From Macrostomum hystrix (Eukaryota; Animalia; Platyhelminthes), in contig CATNEN010000039.1 in assembly GCA_950097015.1 (NCBI GenBank), positions 10,106,001 through 10,170,000 on the forward strand: a stretch of DNA of 64,000 bases. The letters are read 5' to 3'. The notes beneath the pieces are model-generated. The model did no database searches, had not been told where the DNA came from, and worked only from the letters and a program-made list of their open reading frames with translations. How positions within the stretch are numbered: position 1 is the stretch's first letter; each line of letters opens with the position of its first letter. Made by a program: the position numbers and the translations under genes. Below, piece after piece: positions 13,320 through 23,590 of this stretch.

Positions 13320-14705
13320 TGTCAAACGGGTTGGTGATTTGTCTAACGGGTTGGGGACTTGTCTAACGGGTTGGTGATTTCTCTAACGGGTTGGGGATTT
13401 GTCTAACAGGTTTGTGATTTGTGAAACGGGTTGGTGATTTGTCTAACGGGTTGGGGATTTTTCTAACGGGTTGGTGATTTGTGAAACCGGTTGGTGATTT
13501 GTCTTACTGGTTGGTGATTTGTTTAACAGGTTGGTGATTTGTCTAATGGGTTGGGGATTCGTCTAACTGGTTGGTGATTTGTCTAACGGATTGGTGATTT
13601 GTCTAACTGGTTGGGGATTTGTGTAACTGGTTGGGGATTTGTCTAACTGGTTGGTGATTTGTCTAACGGGTTGGGGATTTGTCTAACGGGTTGGGGATTT
13701 GTCTAACGGGTTGGTGATTTGTCTAACTGGTTGGGGATTTGTGAAACGGTTGGTGATTTGTCTAACAGGTTGGTGATTTGTCTAATGGGTTGGGGATTCG
13801 TCTAACTGGTTGGTGATTTGTCTAACGGATTGGTGATTTGTCTAACGGGTTGGTGATCTGTCTAACGGGTTGGTGATTTGTCTAACTGGTTGGGGATTTG
13901 TGAAACGGGTTGGTGATTTTTGAAACGGGTTGGTGATTTGTCTAGCTGGTTGGTGATTTGTTTAACAGTTTGGTGATTTGTCCAATGGATTCGTCTAACT
14001 GGTTGGTGATTTGTTTAACAGGTTGGTGATTTGTCTAATGGGTTGGGGATTCGTCTAACTGGTTGGTGATTTGTCTAACGGATTGGTGATTTGTCTAACT
14101 GGTTGGGGATTTGTGAAACGGGTTGGTGATTTTTGAAACGGGTTGGTGATTTGTCTAGCTGGTTGGTGATTTGTTTAACAGTTTGGTGATTTGTCCAATG
14201 GATTCGTCTAACTGGTTGGTGATTTGTCTAACGGATTGGTGATTTGTCTAACTGGTTGGGGATTTGTGAAACGGGTTGGTGATTTGTGTAACGGGTTGGT
14301 GATTTGTCTAATGGTTGGTGATTTGTCCTACTGGTTGGGGATTTGTCTAATGGGTTGGGGATTTGTCTAACTGGTTGGGGATTTGTCTAATGGGTTGGGG
14401 ATTTGTCTAACTGGTTGGGGATTTGTCTAACTGGTCGGTGATTTGTCTTACTGGTCGGTGATTTGTCTAACTGGTCGGTGATTTGTCTAACTGGTTGGTG
14501 ATTCGTCTAACGGGTTGGTGATTTGTCTAACTGGTTGGTGATTTGTCTAACGGGTTGGTGATTCGTCTATCTGGTTGGTGATTTGTCTAACGGGTTGGTG
14601 ATTCGTCTAACTGGTTGTTGATTTGTGTAACGGGTTGGTGATTCGTCTAACTGGTTGGTGATTTGTCTAACGGGTTGGTGATTTGTCTAACTGGTTGGTG
14701 ATTAC
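13320..14705. repeat. 20-bp minisatellite (GATTTGTCTAACKGGTTGGK)
   Basis: Tandem array just 3' of paralog A. The same array follows paralog B. Confidence 0.95.
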
Positions 14706-14728
14706 ACCGAGTTGGTGCCGGGTAGTGT

Positions 14729-15187
14729 TGGTCCTCACAGAGAGTGACTGTCCTTCTTTAACTGGTCCTCACAGACAGTGACTGTCCTTCTTTAACTGGT
14801 ACTCACAGACAGTGACTGTCCTTCTTTAACTGGTCCTCACAGACAGTGACTGTCCTTCTTTAACTGGTCCTCACAGACAGTGACTGTCCTTCTTTAACTG
14901 GTCCTCACAGACAGTGACTGTCCTTCTTTAACTGGTCCTCACAGACAGTGACTGTCCTTCTTTAACTGGTCCTCACAGACAGTGACTGTCCTTCTTTAAC
15001 TGGTCCTCACAGACAGTGACTGTCCTTCTTTAACTGGTACTCACAGACAGTGACTGCCCTTCTTTTACTGGTCCTCACAGACAGTGACTGTCCTTTTTTA
15101 ACTGGTCCTCACAGACAGTGACTGTCCTTCTTTAACTGGTCCTCACAGACAGTGACTGTCCTTCTTTAACTATTCCTCACAGACAGT
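14729..15187. repeat. 34-bp satellite, second block
   Basis: Same unit as 8153-10858. Confidence 0.95.
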
Positions 15188-16130
15188 TGAAGAGTTTTGT
15201 GTGTTGATCAGACACACGAAACTCCCAGTTCTAGACAATGGGGAACAATTGCCAAGGGATTTATAACAGTCACGTAACACTTACTGCAATTGCTTCTTGT
15301 TCCTTTGTAGTGAGTAGTTCGTAGCCTTTGGTCTTCGACAGCCGGCGGTTCTTCTTATCCTTGTTCTGGTCGACCGTGAGGTTTCGAGTCTGTGTTTCTT
15401 GAGTCTTTGTAGTCTTGTCTTCTTTGTCTTCTTGGCAGCTGCTTGAGTTTGTCTGTTGGTCAATAAATGACGAGAGCGAATCAGATTACTTGTCGGTTTC
15501 CTCGAGCTCGGAATTCACAATAGAAACGTGCGCCCTAGTGAACAATTGAAATCTCTCGTGTATATCTCTAATAGGTCCTCCTGAAGGGCGTCTTCTTCGT
15601 TACCTCCGAAGGATAACGTACGGATAACTCAAATCAAATCAATCAATAATCCTCTAGGAATGTATCCTAGGAAACAAGGAGGCCTTTCTCAAATGTATCG
15701 ACGATATGTGGCTCTCGTAAACTTAGTTCAATTCAACAACGATTGCTAGCAATAAATTACTGTCTAGTAAAGCGCTTACCACTTGTCCTTCCCTCAGAGA
15801 GGAGTCCTCTTCTTCGTAAGGTGTTTTGAAGTCCGGCGCACCGCTCCGAGTCTGAATTTTTAGCTCGGATTTTCGCTTGTATTTATAGTAAAACTAGCTT
15901 TTTTTGCCCGTTGTTTTTGGGGCAGAAATTTAAAGCAAAGCAGTAAGCAATTCACGTCTCTGTAATAACTTTATAGTGAAGGTCACCATTTATTTATTTA
16001 CTGCATTAATGAAAAGTGAAGAGTTTGTTTAAGGGCGTTTTAAGTAAAAAATAAGTGAAAAGTTTGCCCAAACAGCCCCCTCTTGATTACTTCTTTAGAA
16101 ACATGTCTCTTAGCCACTCCTCTATACAGT

Positions 16131-16505
16131 CAGTGGCAGATCCAGGAATTTTGTTTTGGGGCGGTCTGTCAGGGGAGCGCCATGAGAATCACAGAGGGGG
16201 TGCCAGCGGCCGAAAAAGGGCGCCAGGAGCCAAGAAAGGGCGCCAGCGGCTGAAAAACGGGAGCCAGCGGCTGAAAAAGGGGAGCCAGCGGCTGAAAAAG
16301 GGGCGCCAGCGGCCGAAAAAGGGCGCCAGGAGCCAAGAAAGGGCGCCAGCGGCTGAAAAACGGGAGCCAGCGGCTGAAAAAGGGGCGCCAGCGACCGAAA
16401 AGGGGCGCCAGCGACCGAAAATTTCTGGTGGGGGCATCTTATTCCCATGATTAAAATTTAGGGGGGCGACTGCCCCCCCGCCCCCCCCCCCTAAATCTGC
16501 CTCTG
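16131..16505. mobile_element. hAT-type MITE nested in the Helitron
   Basis: Imperfect TIRs CAGTGGCAGATCCAG / CTAAATCTGCCTCTG. Perfect 8-bp TSD TATACAGT (16123-16130, 16506-16513). Internal GC-rich tandem repeat of about 20 bp. Confidence 0.85.
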
Positions 16506-16657
16506 TATACAGTATGCATGTACACGCGTATACATAAAGAAAATAGCCATGGCATAACAATAACAATGTCAAAGAAACAAAATTAAACTGCTTCAGAGTT
16601 CAGAGTTAGACAGGTCAAGGTCAATTCGTGACTACTTTTCTATTAATTGCTTGCGAG

Positions 16658-17359
16658 TCACCTCAAGGCCTGGGGATACACCACATTCTTCGTTCTTCCC
16701 CTTGGTGCGAAAATGAATAGGCCAGCTGGAGTTCCAACACGGGAGCAGGCGACATAAAGCTGCCCATGCGAGAAGCAAGGAGTCTCCAGGTTGATGCCAG
16801 CCACCTTCAGCGACTGTCCCTGAGCCTTGTTAATAGTCATCGCAAAGCACACTCTCACAGGGAACTGCAGTCGCTTGAACTGAAATGGCAGGTCCGTGGG
16901 GATAATTGGAATCCGGGGAACGAACACAGACTCTCCTCTGCCAGATCCAGTCATTATCGTGGCCTCAATCACGTGTGGGAAGAGCCGCCTGACTATCAGT
17001 CTGGTGCCGTTACACAGCCTTGGCGCATTCAGGTTGCGGAGGAGCATAATTGGTGCCCCAACTTTCAGCTGCAAGTTGTGCGATGGAGTTCCAGGAGGAT
17101 CTAGAGAGTTCAGAAACTCAACAGGATACTCCACAGCGGTGTCATCAGTCAACGTTGTATCAATTGACTTGTAGGTGAAAACTGCACCTGGCAACTCCTG
17201 AAGCAGTTGGTAGTTAATTTCGTTGGCGGCATCATTTCTAGGACACAGAATTGCCCTCTCTGACAGCCAGTCAACGCCAGCCTCTCTCTTTCTTCTATCC
17301 CAGGCTGGCTGGAGAGAAATATCGACCGGAGAGCCCTGCGCACTGGGACGCCACCGCAC
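16658..17359 (-). pseudogene. Helitron RepHel Pif1-like helicase C-terminal fragment
   Basis: Motifs RAILCPRN, LKVGAPIMLLRNL, LCNGTRL, RLQFPVRVCFAMTINKAQGQSL and FSHGQLYVACSRV. The Rep/HUH domain and N-terminal helicase motifs are absent. Confidence 0.92.
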
Positions 17360-17947
17360 TCACCGCACTCAGTCTCAGTGCTGCTTGGGGGCCAGTAGAC
17401 AGTCTAGGGGTTTGGGCTGTGTACATTCACGGCTTGAAATACAATGTACAGTCTGGGGCTTCGGCGCCCGGGGAAGGGAGGGGGTGGCTGTAATAAAATT
17501 TGGCCCGCAGAGTGGCGGAGGGGAGTTGGGGTGGCTGTCCTCGGAAAACAAAAAGTGACTCACTTTGAGATGATGCAGCTTTGCTCTGGATTGAGTAGAG
17601 ATGTTCAAAATTGACAGCATTGTTGGAAAACATGTAAAGTGTAAGTGGATCAAATTTGGAGAAAATCTAACAAAGTGGGGCGACGATATGTCGAATTGAG
17701 TGATTTTTTGACGATTTTTGAGCAGTTTTTTGCACTTTTGAGCAGGAAGGAAATGATTTTTCGGGAATTTGAGTAGCCTATTGCACTCAGCGTAGGTGGT
17801 TTTAGGTATGTGCAAAGTTTGGTGCGATTTGGTTGAGCGGTTTCGGCGTCTATAAAGACAAAAGGTTGCACACACACACACAGACAGAGTTTTCACACGC
17901 ACGCACTCAGTCTCAGTGCTGCTTGGGGGCCAGTAGACAGTCAAGGG

Positions 17948-18845
17948 CAGGGGTAGGCAAACTTATTTGCTGGCGGGCCAAAGAGAGAACCTAAAAGACG
18001 ACAGCGGGCCGCATTGACTGTATAAATATGAGATAGGGGAGAGATAAGACACGGGAGAGATTAGACACGCGAGAGATTAGACACGGGAGAGATGAGACAG
18101 GGGAGAGATTAGACACGGGAGAGATGAGACACAGGAGAGATTAGACACGGGAGAGATGAGACACAGAAGAGATGAGACACGGGAGAGATGAGACACGGGA
18201 GAGATGAGACACGGAAGAGATTAGACACGGGAGAGATGAGACACAGAAGAGATGAGACACGGGAGAGATGAGACACAGAAGAGATGAGACACGGAAGAGA
18301 TGAGACACGGGAGAGATGAGACACGGAAGAGATGAGACACTGGAGAGATGAGACACGGGTAAGATAAGACAGTGGAGAGATGAGACACTGGAGAGATGAG
18401 ACACGGGAGAGATGAGACACGGAAGAGATGAGACACGGGAGAGATGAGACACGGGAGAGATGAGACACTGGAGAGATGAGACACTGGAGAGATGAGACAC
18501 GGGTAAGATAAGACAGTGGAGAGATGAGACACGGGAGAGATGAGACACGGGAGAGATGAGACACGGAAGAGATGGGACACGGGAGAGATGAGACACGGGA
18601 GAGATGAGACACTGGAGAGATGAGACACGGGAGAGATGAGACACTGGAGAGATGAGACACTGGAGAGATGAGACACGGGTAAGATAAGACAGTGGAGAGA
18701 TAAGACACTGGAGAGATGAGACACGGGAGGGATTAGACCGAGAAAGATGAAACAGGACACTGTAGATGTCAGAGGGGGCAACGGGCCGGATTTGGGAGCT
18801 TCGAGGGCCGCATCTGGCCCGCGGGCCGGAGTTTGCCGACCCCTG
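17948..18845. mobile_element. hAT (Charlie-like) MITE with internal 16-bp minisatellite
   Basis: TIRs CAGGGGTAGGCAAAC / GTTTGCCGACCCCTG; TSD GTCAAGGG/GTCTAGGG. The empty site is visible in the duplicated segment at about 17402. Internal (GAGATGAGACACGGGA)n. Confidence 0.9.
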
Positions 18846-19599
18846 GTCTAGGGGTTTGGGCTATGTACATTCACGGCTTGAAATACAATGTACAGTCTGG
18901 GGTTCCGGCGCCCGGGGAAGGGAGGGGGTGGCTGTAATAAAATTTGGCCCGCAGAGTGGCGGAGGGGAGTTGGGGTGGCTGTCCTCGGAAAACAAAAAGT
19001 GACTCACTTTGAGATGATGCAGCTTTGCTCTGGATTGAGTAGAGATGTTCAAAATTGACAGCATTGTTGGAAAACATGTAAAGTGTAAGTGGATCAAATT
19101 TGGAGAAAATCTGACAAAGTGGGGCGACGATATGTCGAATTGAGTGATTTTTTGACGATTTTGAGCAGTTTTTTGCACTTTTGAGCAGGAAGGAAATGAT
19201 TTTTCGGGAATTTGAGTAGCCTATTGCACTCAGCGTAGGTGGTTTTAGGTATGTGCAAAGTTTGGTGCGATTTGGTTGAGCGGTTTCGGCGTCTATAAAG
19301 ACAAAAGGTTGCACACAGACAGACAGACAGACAGACAGAGTTTTCACTTTTATATATATAGATTTTGGGGGAAAACCGGTTCTACTACCGGGTGTTTACA
19401 TTGGGCATACATGTTTGCACAGTGAGGTCAGACTTGTTTGATCAGCTGCGTTTTGGGGCTTTTTCAGGTGAACATTACCATATTTGGAATATTGTGTAAA
19501 TACAGATGCAGAAACTGATGAGTCATAATTGTTTGGTTTACCATATTTGAAATTCAAGCAAATACAGCTGTCAAGAACCGGTTCTCTGGTTGTGCAGTG

Positions 19600-20353
19600 C
19601 AGTTTAGACAGACTTTATGCCCCCATTCGCATACTGGAACCAGATCTAGGCGTTCGTCGAGGCAGATGGGGCACAACTCTCGATTCATCTGTTGAAATGT
19701 TTTAATAATATTCTGATTCAGAGTTATTATACTGGTATGTTTCTTGAGGTGGTAGTATATATGATAGATCCTCGTTTCGCAAAATTAGTGTGGGGAGAAT
19801 TGTACAGAAAATGGGACAGGGATGAAGATTCATGTCATCGACAAGATTAAACAGTTTTTGTGCAATATCATGTGTGGACAATTGTCGAAGCTGAGAGCCG
19901 TATTGCAATTAGTATCGTACAATGTTATTACGCGTTTTGTGAGCAATTCGTGGTATAGACCATGCTTTTAGAAGTTGAATTATCTTATTAGAGGAAAAAA
20001 TAGTATAGGTAAATAGATGAAGTTGGTAACCATAATTTGGTTTAATACGCACAAGTTTGTTACAAATCATGAATAGTGGGGTATTATTGCAAACAGGACA
20101 TTGGAAAATGGCTCGATAGGCAAACTTCTTCATGCATTGCGGACACATAAAATGTTGGTTTTGACAGTATTGTACAGTTCGCCATTAGTTACATATCATA
20201 CATTGGCTTAGATTTCCACGGCACAGAGGACAGTTTTTTAATGGTTTTGTTGTAGTGTGCGAGGCTTAAGCAAGAACCGCAAACATGGTGCTTATTGACA
20301 CATATACATGGTAGTTTACATGAGAATTCTTCAAGACAGACAGGACAGTCCAT
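19600..20353 (-). pseudogene. Disrupted tandem RING-finger ORF downstream of integrase
   Basis: MDCPVCLEEFSCKLPCICVNKHHVCGSCLSLAHYNKTIK (frameshift in A6) NCPLCRGNLSQCMICN*WRTVQYCQNQHFMCPQCMKKFAYRAIFQCPVC; the frame continues through single stops. Confidence 0.7.
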
Positions 20354-20499
20354 GGTAGTGTTTGCGAAAATTGTGTGGGCGTTTGCAGAGAGCAGAGGTT
20401 TAGTCGCCTTTTACGACAAGCTTGAGAAGCTGTAGTGCTATTCTTAATCCCGGTCACTACACGGGGAACAATAAACGAGTAATTTAACGAGGGCGTAGG

Positions 20500-21983
20500 T
20501 TATACGTAGCTCGTATGATTATTTGGTGGTATGTTTGTGGTTTGTCTCTCGGCATGTGCTGTTGCAATGTGCGTGTTTGTTGTTTTTGTGTGGTCTGGAT
20601 TCTGTAACGTTGGAAGGAATGTAGTGTCCTTAGTGGTGCGTTTTAAACGTTGAATGTGAACATAGAACTGAGGTTGATGTGGATCCTGGATATTTGCAAG
20701 GCATGCTGTTGTTACGGATATCAGTGCTGTTACACGGAAAGGTCCTTTGTATTTGAAGGCATGTTTGTGCGTATGCTGTGCCGGGTAGTGTAGGTAGACG
20801 ATATCTCCCACTTGTAAAGTAGATGCATGATTACTTGTTGTAGGTACGGTAGATTGATTGTCGAGATTATGTTTTGCAATTTGCCATGCTAGGTGTAATT
20901 GAGAAGTGAACTTTTGTAGCGTCGTCGGCGTGTCAACATATTGAGATGGCAGTAATTTCTGAACTAATAGGTTCGGTGGTTGAAAGTCTCGAGAGAACAT
21001 CAGAAAGAATGGTATGTTGTCTGTTGAGCGATGAACTGCGCTGTTGTAGGCCATTGTCACTGATTGTATGTAGGTAATCCAATCTTCAGGTTGTTTATAG
21101 ACAAAGTGTGTCAACATTTTATGTAGGTTTCTGTGAAATCTTTCGACGAGGTTTGCTTTTGGATTATATGTCGAGGTGAATATCTGTTGAATATTTAGTA
21201 GTTTGGCGGCCTGTTGAAATAATTGCGATGTGAATTGTGTGCCATTGTCAGATGTTAGCGTCTTAGGGGTTCCGAATTTGCAGATAATTTCATTATAGAA
21301 GGCCATTGCTACTGTTGTCGCTGTGATGTCAGGTATCGGAATGGCAACGGCGAATTTCGAGAAAACATCCAAGGCTGTAAGAATGTAGTTGTAGTCGATA
21401 GAGTGTTGTCGAGCAGGTGGTAGTGGTCCGGTAATGTCAATTGACACTGTGTCCCATGTAGTTGTCTTCGGCACTGATTGGAGTTCAGGTTTTTGTCGTC
21501 TTCCGATTTTTGTTGAAGCACATGAGTGACATTGTATGCAGTACTTGCGAATGTCTAAATTCATTATTGGCCAAAAATAGAATTGGACTCTCTATGGATT
21601 GTTTTCTTGGCGGATAAGTGTCCGGCTAATGGACTATCATGGAGTTCGTGTAGGATCGCTGAACGGAATGTGTATGGTAGGTACAGTCGCGGAATATTGT
21701 TGTACACCCAGTAGAGTGCGAATTCTCTGAAAACTAGACTATTTTTGTGTTTTCGTAAGAATTGTTTTTCGATTTTTGCGAGTTCTTTTTCCGTTTCTTC
21801 TGTATCTTCTTGTATGGCTTTGTAAAAGGAATCGTCTTGTTGTGCTTTCAACAAGTCTTTTATGGTTGGAATTGGATGAACTGCATTGATCTCGTATGTT
21901 CTGGACAGTGCATCAGCGGCTTTATTCATTGGCCCTGGTTTGTAAACCAGGTGAAAGTTGTAGTCCTGTATTTTGAGGACCAT
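20500..21983 (-). pseudogene. Gypsy integrase (frameshift near 21564)
   Basis: Zinc-finger HDSPLAGH...CIQCHSC, DD35E core and GPF module. Confidence 0.88.
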
Positions 21984-23291
21984 TCGGATAAGTCTATTGT
22001 TCGTCTGTCCTTTTGTTTTAACAACATGAGTCAGCGGTGCATGATCTGTGCGAATGATAGTTGGCAGTGGTGATCCATAGATTTAGTAATGGAATTGTCG
22101 AAGAGCAAACAGAACAGCTAGTAGTTCTCGTTCAGTGGCTGACCATTTTGTTTCGTTTGGTCTTAGCGCTCTGCTGATGTAAGTAATCGGTTTTTCTTTC
22201 TTTGGTTCCATTTCCTGAAGTAGTACGGCTCCTAATCCGCTTCCTGATGCGTCTGTTTCTATGATAAAAGGTTTGCGGAAGTTCGGGTGTTTGAGAAGAG
22301 CATCACTAGTTAGTTGTTGTTTGATTCTATCGAAACTTTCCTGTTGTTCCGCTTTCCAGTTGTCTTCTTTCCACTTTGGAATTTTTAGTATAATGGTTCG
22401 TACAAGGGTTTAGCCGTTTGTGCAAAGTTAGGTAGGAATTTTCGGAAAAATTGTGCTAGTCCAAGGAACGACTGCAGTTTGGTAATTGAAGTAGGTTTCG
22501 GGAACTTCTTGACCTTGTGGACGTTATTTGGGTGTGGTGATATGCCTCGTGATGAAACGTGATGTCCAAGATGTCGGACCGAATCTCTGCAAAATTTACA
22601 TTTTGTAGGTTGCAGTTTTAGACCTTGTTGTCGGAGTAAGAAGAGAGCTTGTTCCATGACTTTTACTAGTTGTTCGAAGTTATTTCCAAAGGCAAGGATA
22701 TCATCAACATAGTGAAGCAGATTTGTACATCCGGCTAGCACATAGGCTGTAAGACGGCTCATTGTTGCTGGTGAGTTGGAGATTCCCATTGGACTTCTCT
22801 GATACGCGAAAACTTCTCCTTTATAAGTTTTGAAGGCAGTGTATTGTTTTGACTCTTCTTCGAGTTCGATTTGCTAGAATCCATGTCGTAGGTCAAATAC
22901 GGTGAAAAGCGTCGCCGTATTGAGTCGTGCTAGCAGTTCTGAGATTTTTGGTAGACTTTGTTGATCTGTGGGAATGAACTTATTTAGGACTCGGAAATCA
23001 CAGACGAGACGTCTTTCGTTTGTTTAATTTTCAGGTGAACATTACCATATTGGGAATATTGTGTAAATACAGATGCAGAAACCGATGAGTCATAATTGTT
23101 TGTTTTACCATATTTGGAATTCAAGCAAAAACAGCTGTCAAGAACCGGTTCTCCAATTTCATGTCACATGACTGTTTCTAAAAATAGCGCATGACTCATT
23201 CCTAAAAATAGATTAAACGTTGTAGCTAAGGTTTCCTTGTGACATTACTTTAAGTAGCGCGTTAAGCAAAAGCACATTTTTCAACTCTCTA

Positions 23292-23400
23292 CACAGTGAC
23301 TGTCCTTCTTAAACTGGTACTCACAGACAGTGACTGTCCTTCTTTACCTGGTCCTCACAGACAGTGACTGTCCTTCTTTAACTGGTCCTCACAGACAGTG
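23292..23400. repeat. 34-bp satellite, third block
   Basis: About 3 units of the same 34-mer. Confidence 0.9.
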
Positions 23401-23404
23401 ACGG

Positions 23405-23590
23405 TCCCACAGATACTGTACGCAGGCACGCACTCACACAGGTGTGTACATCTGCCCTGACTTTCTCATCATCAGGCAGTGTACATTTCACTGTGCCTTG
23501 GAGGTTGGCCCCCAATGGCGTAAATTGCACGACAAGCCCCCAAGCCTTCTCTCCGCGGCTGCACCCCAAATAAATGTGGCCTCGCCGTGG
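23405..23590 (-). mobile_element. SINE copy, 5'-truncated, with the same satellite junction as 10860
   Basis: Near-identical to 10860-11045; followed by a short run of the 16-bp MITE minisatellite (23592-23660). Confidence 0.85.

Larger units (their letters stand above)
15894..19362 (-). mobile_element. Internally deleted Helitron with both termini, carrying two nested MITEs
   Basis: 5' end A|TCTATATATATAAAAG followed by (TGTC)n. 3' end has the hairpin TGCCC-caaaaacaac-GGGCA then CTAG|T. AT target with no TSD. Contains the RepHel helicase C-terminus. Confidence 0.88.
19590..23025 (-). mobile_element. Decayed Ty3/gypsy LTR retrotransposon internal fragment (RT-RNaseH-INT plus 3' accessory ORF)
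   Basis: RT motifs RLVCDFRVLN, DLRHGF*Q and YVDD; RNase H ETDASGSGLGAVLLQ and ERELLA; integrase HHCC, SIDITGPLP, SDNGTQF, VERFHR and GPF. Stops and frameshifts are present; no gag or LTRs seen. Confidence 0.92.

Noticed and set aside
19461-23153. LTR pair of the gypsy element
   Set aside because: No TG..CA ends, PBS or gag, and the repeat interrupts RT.
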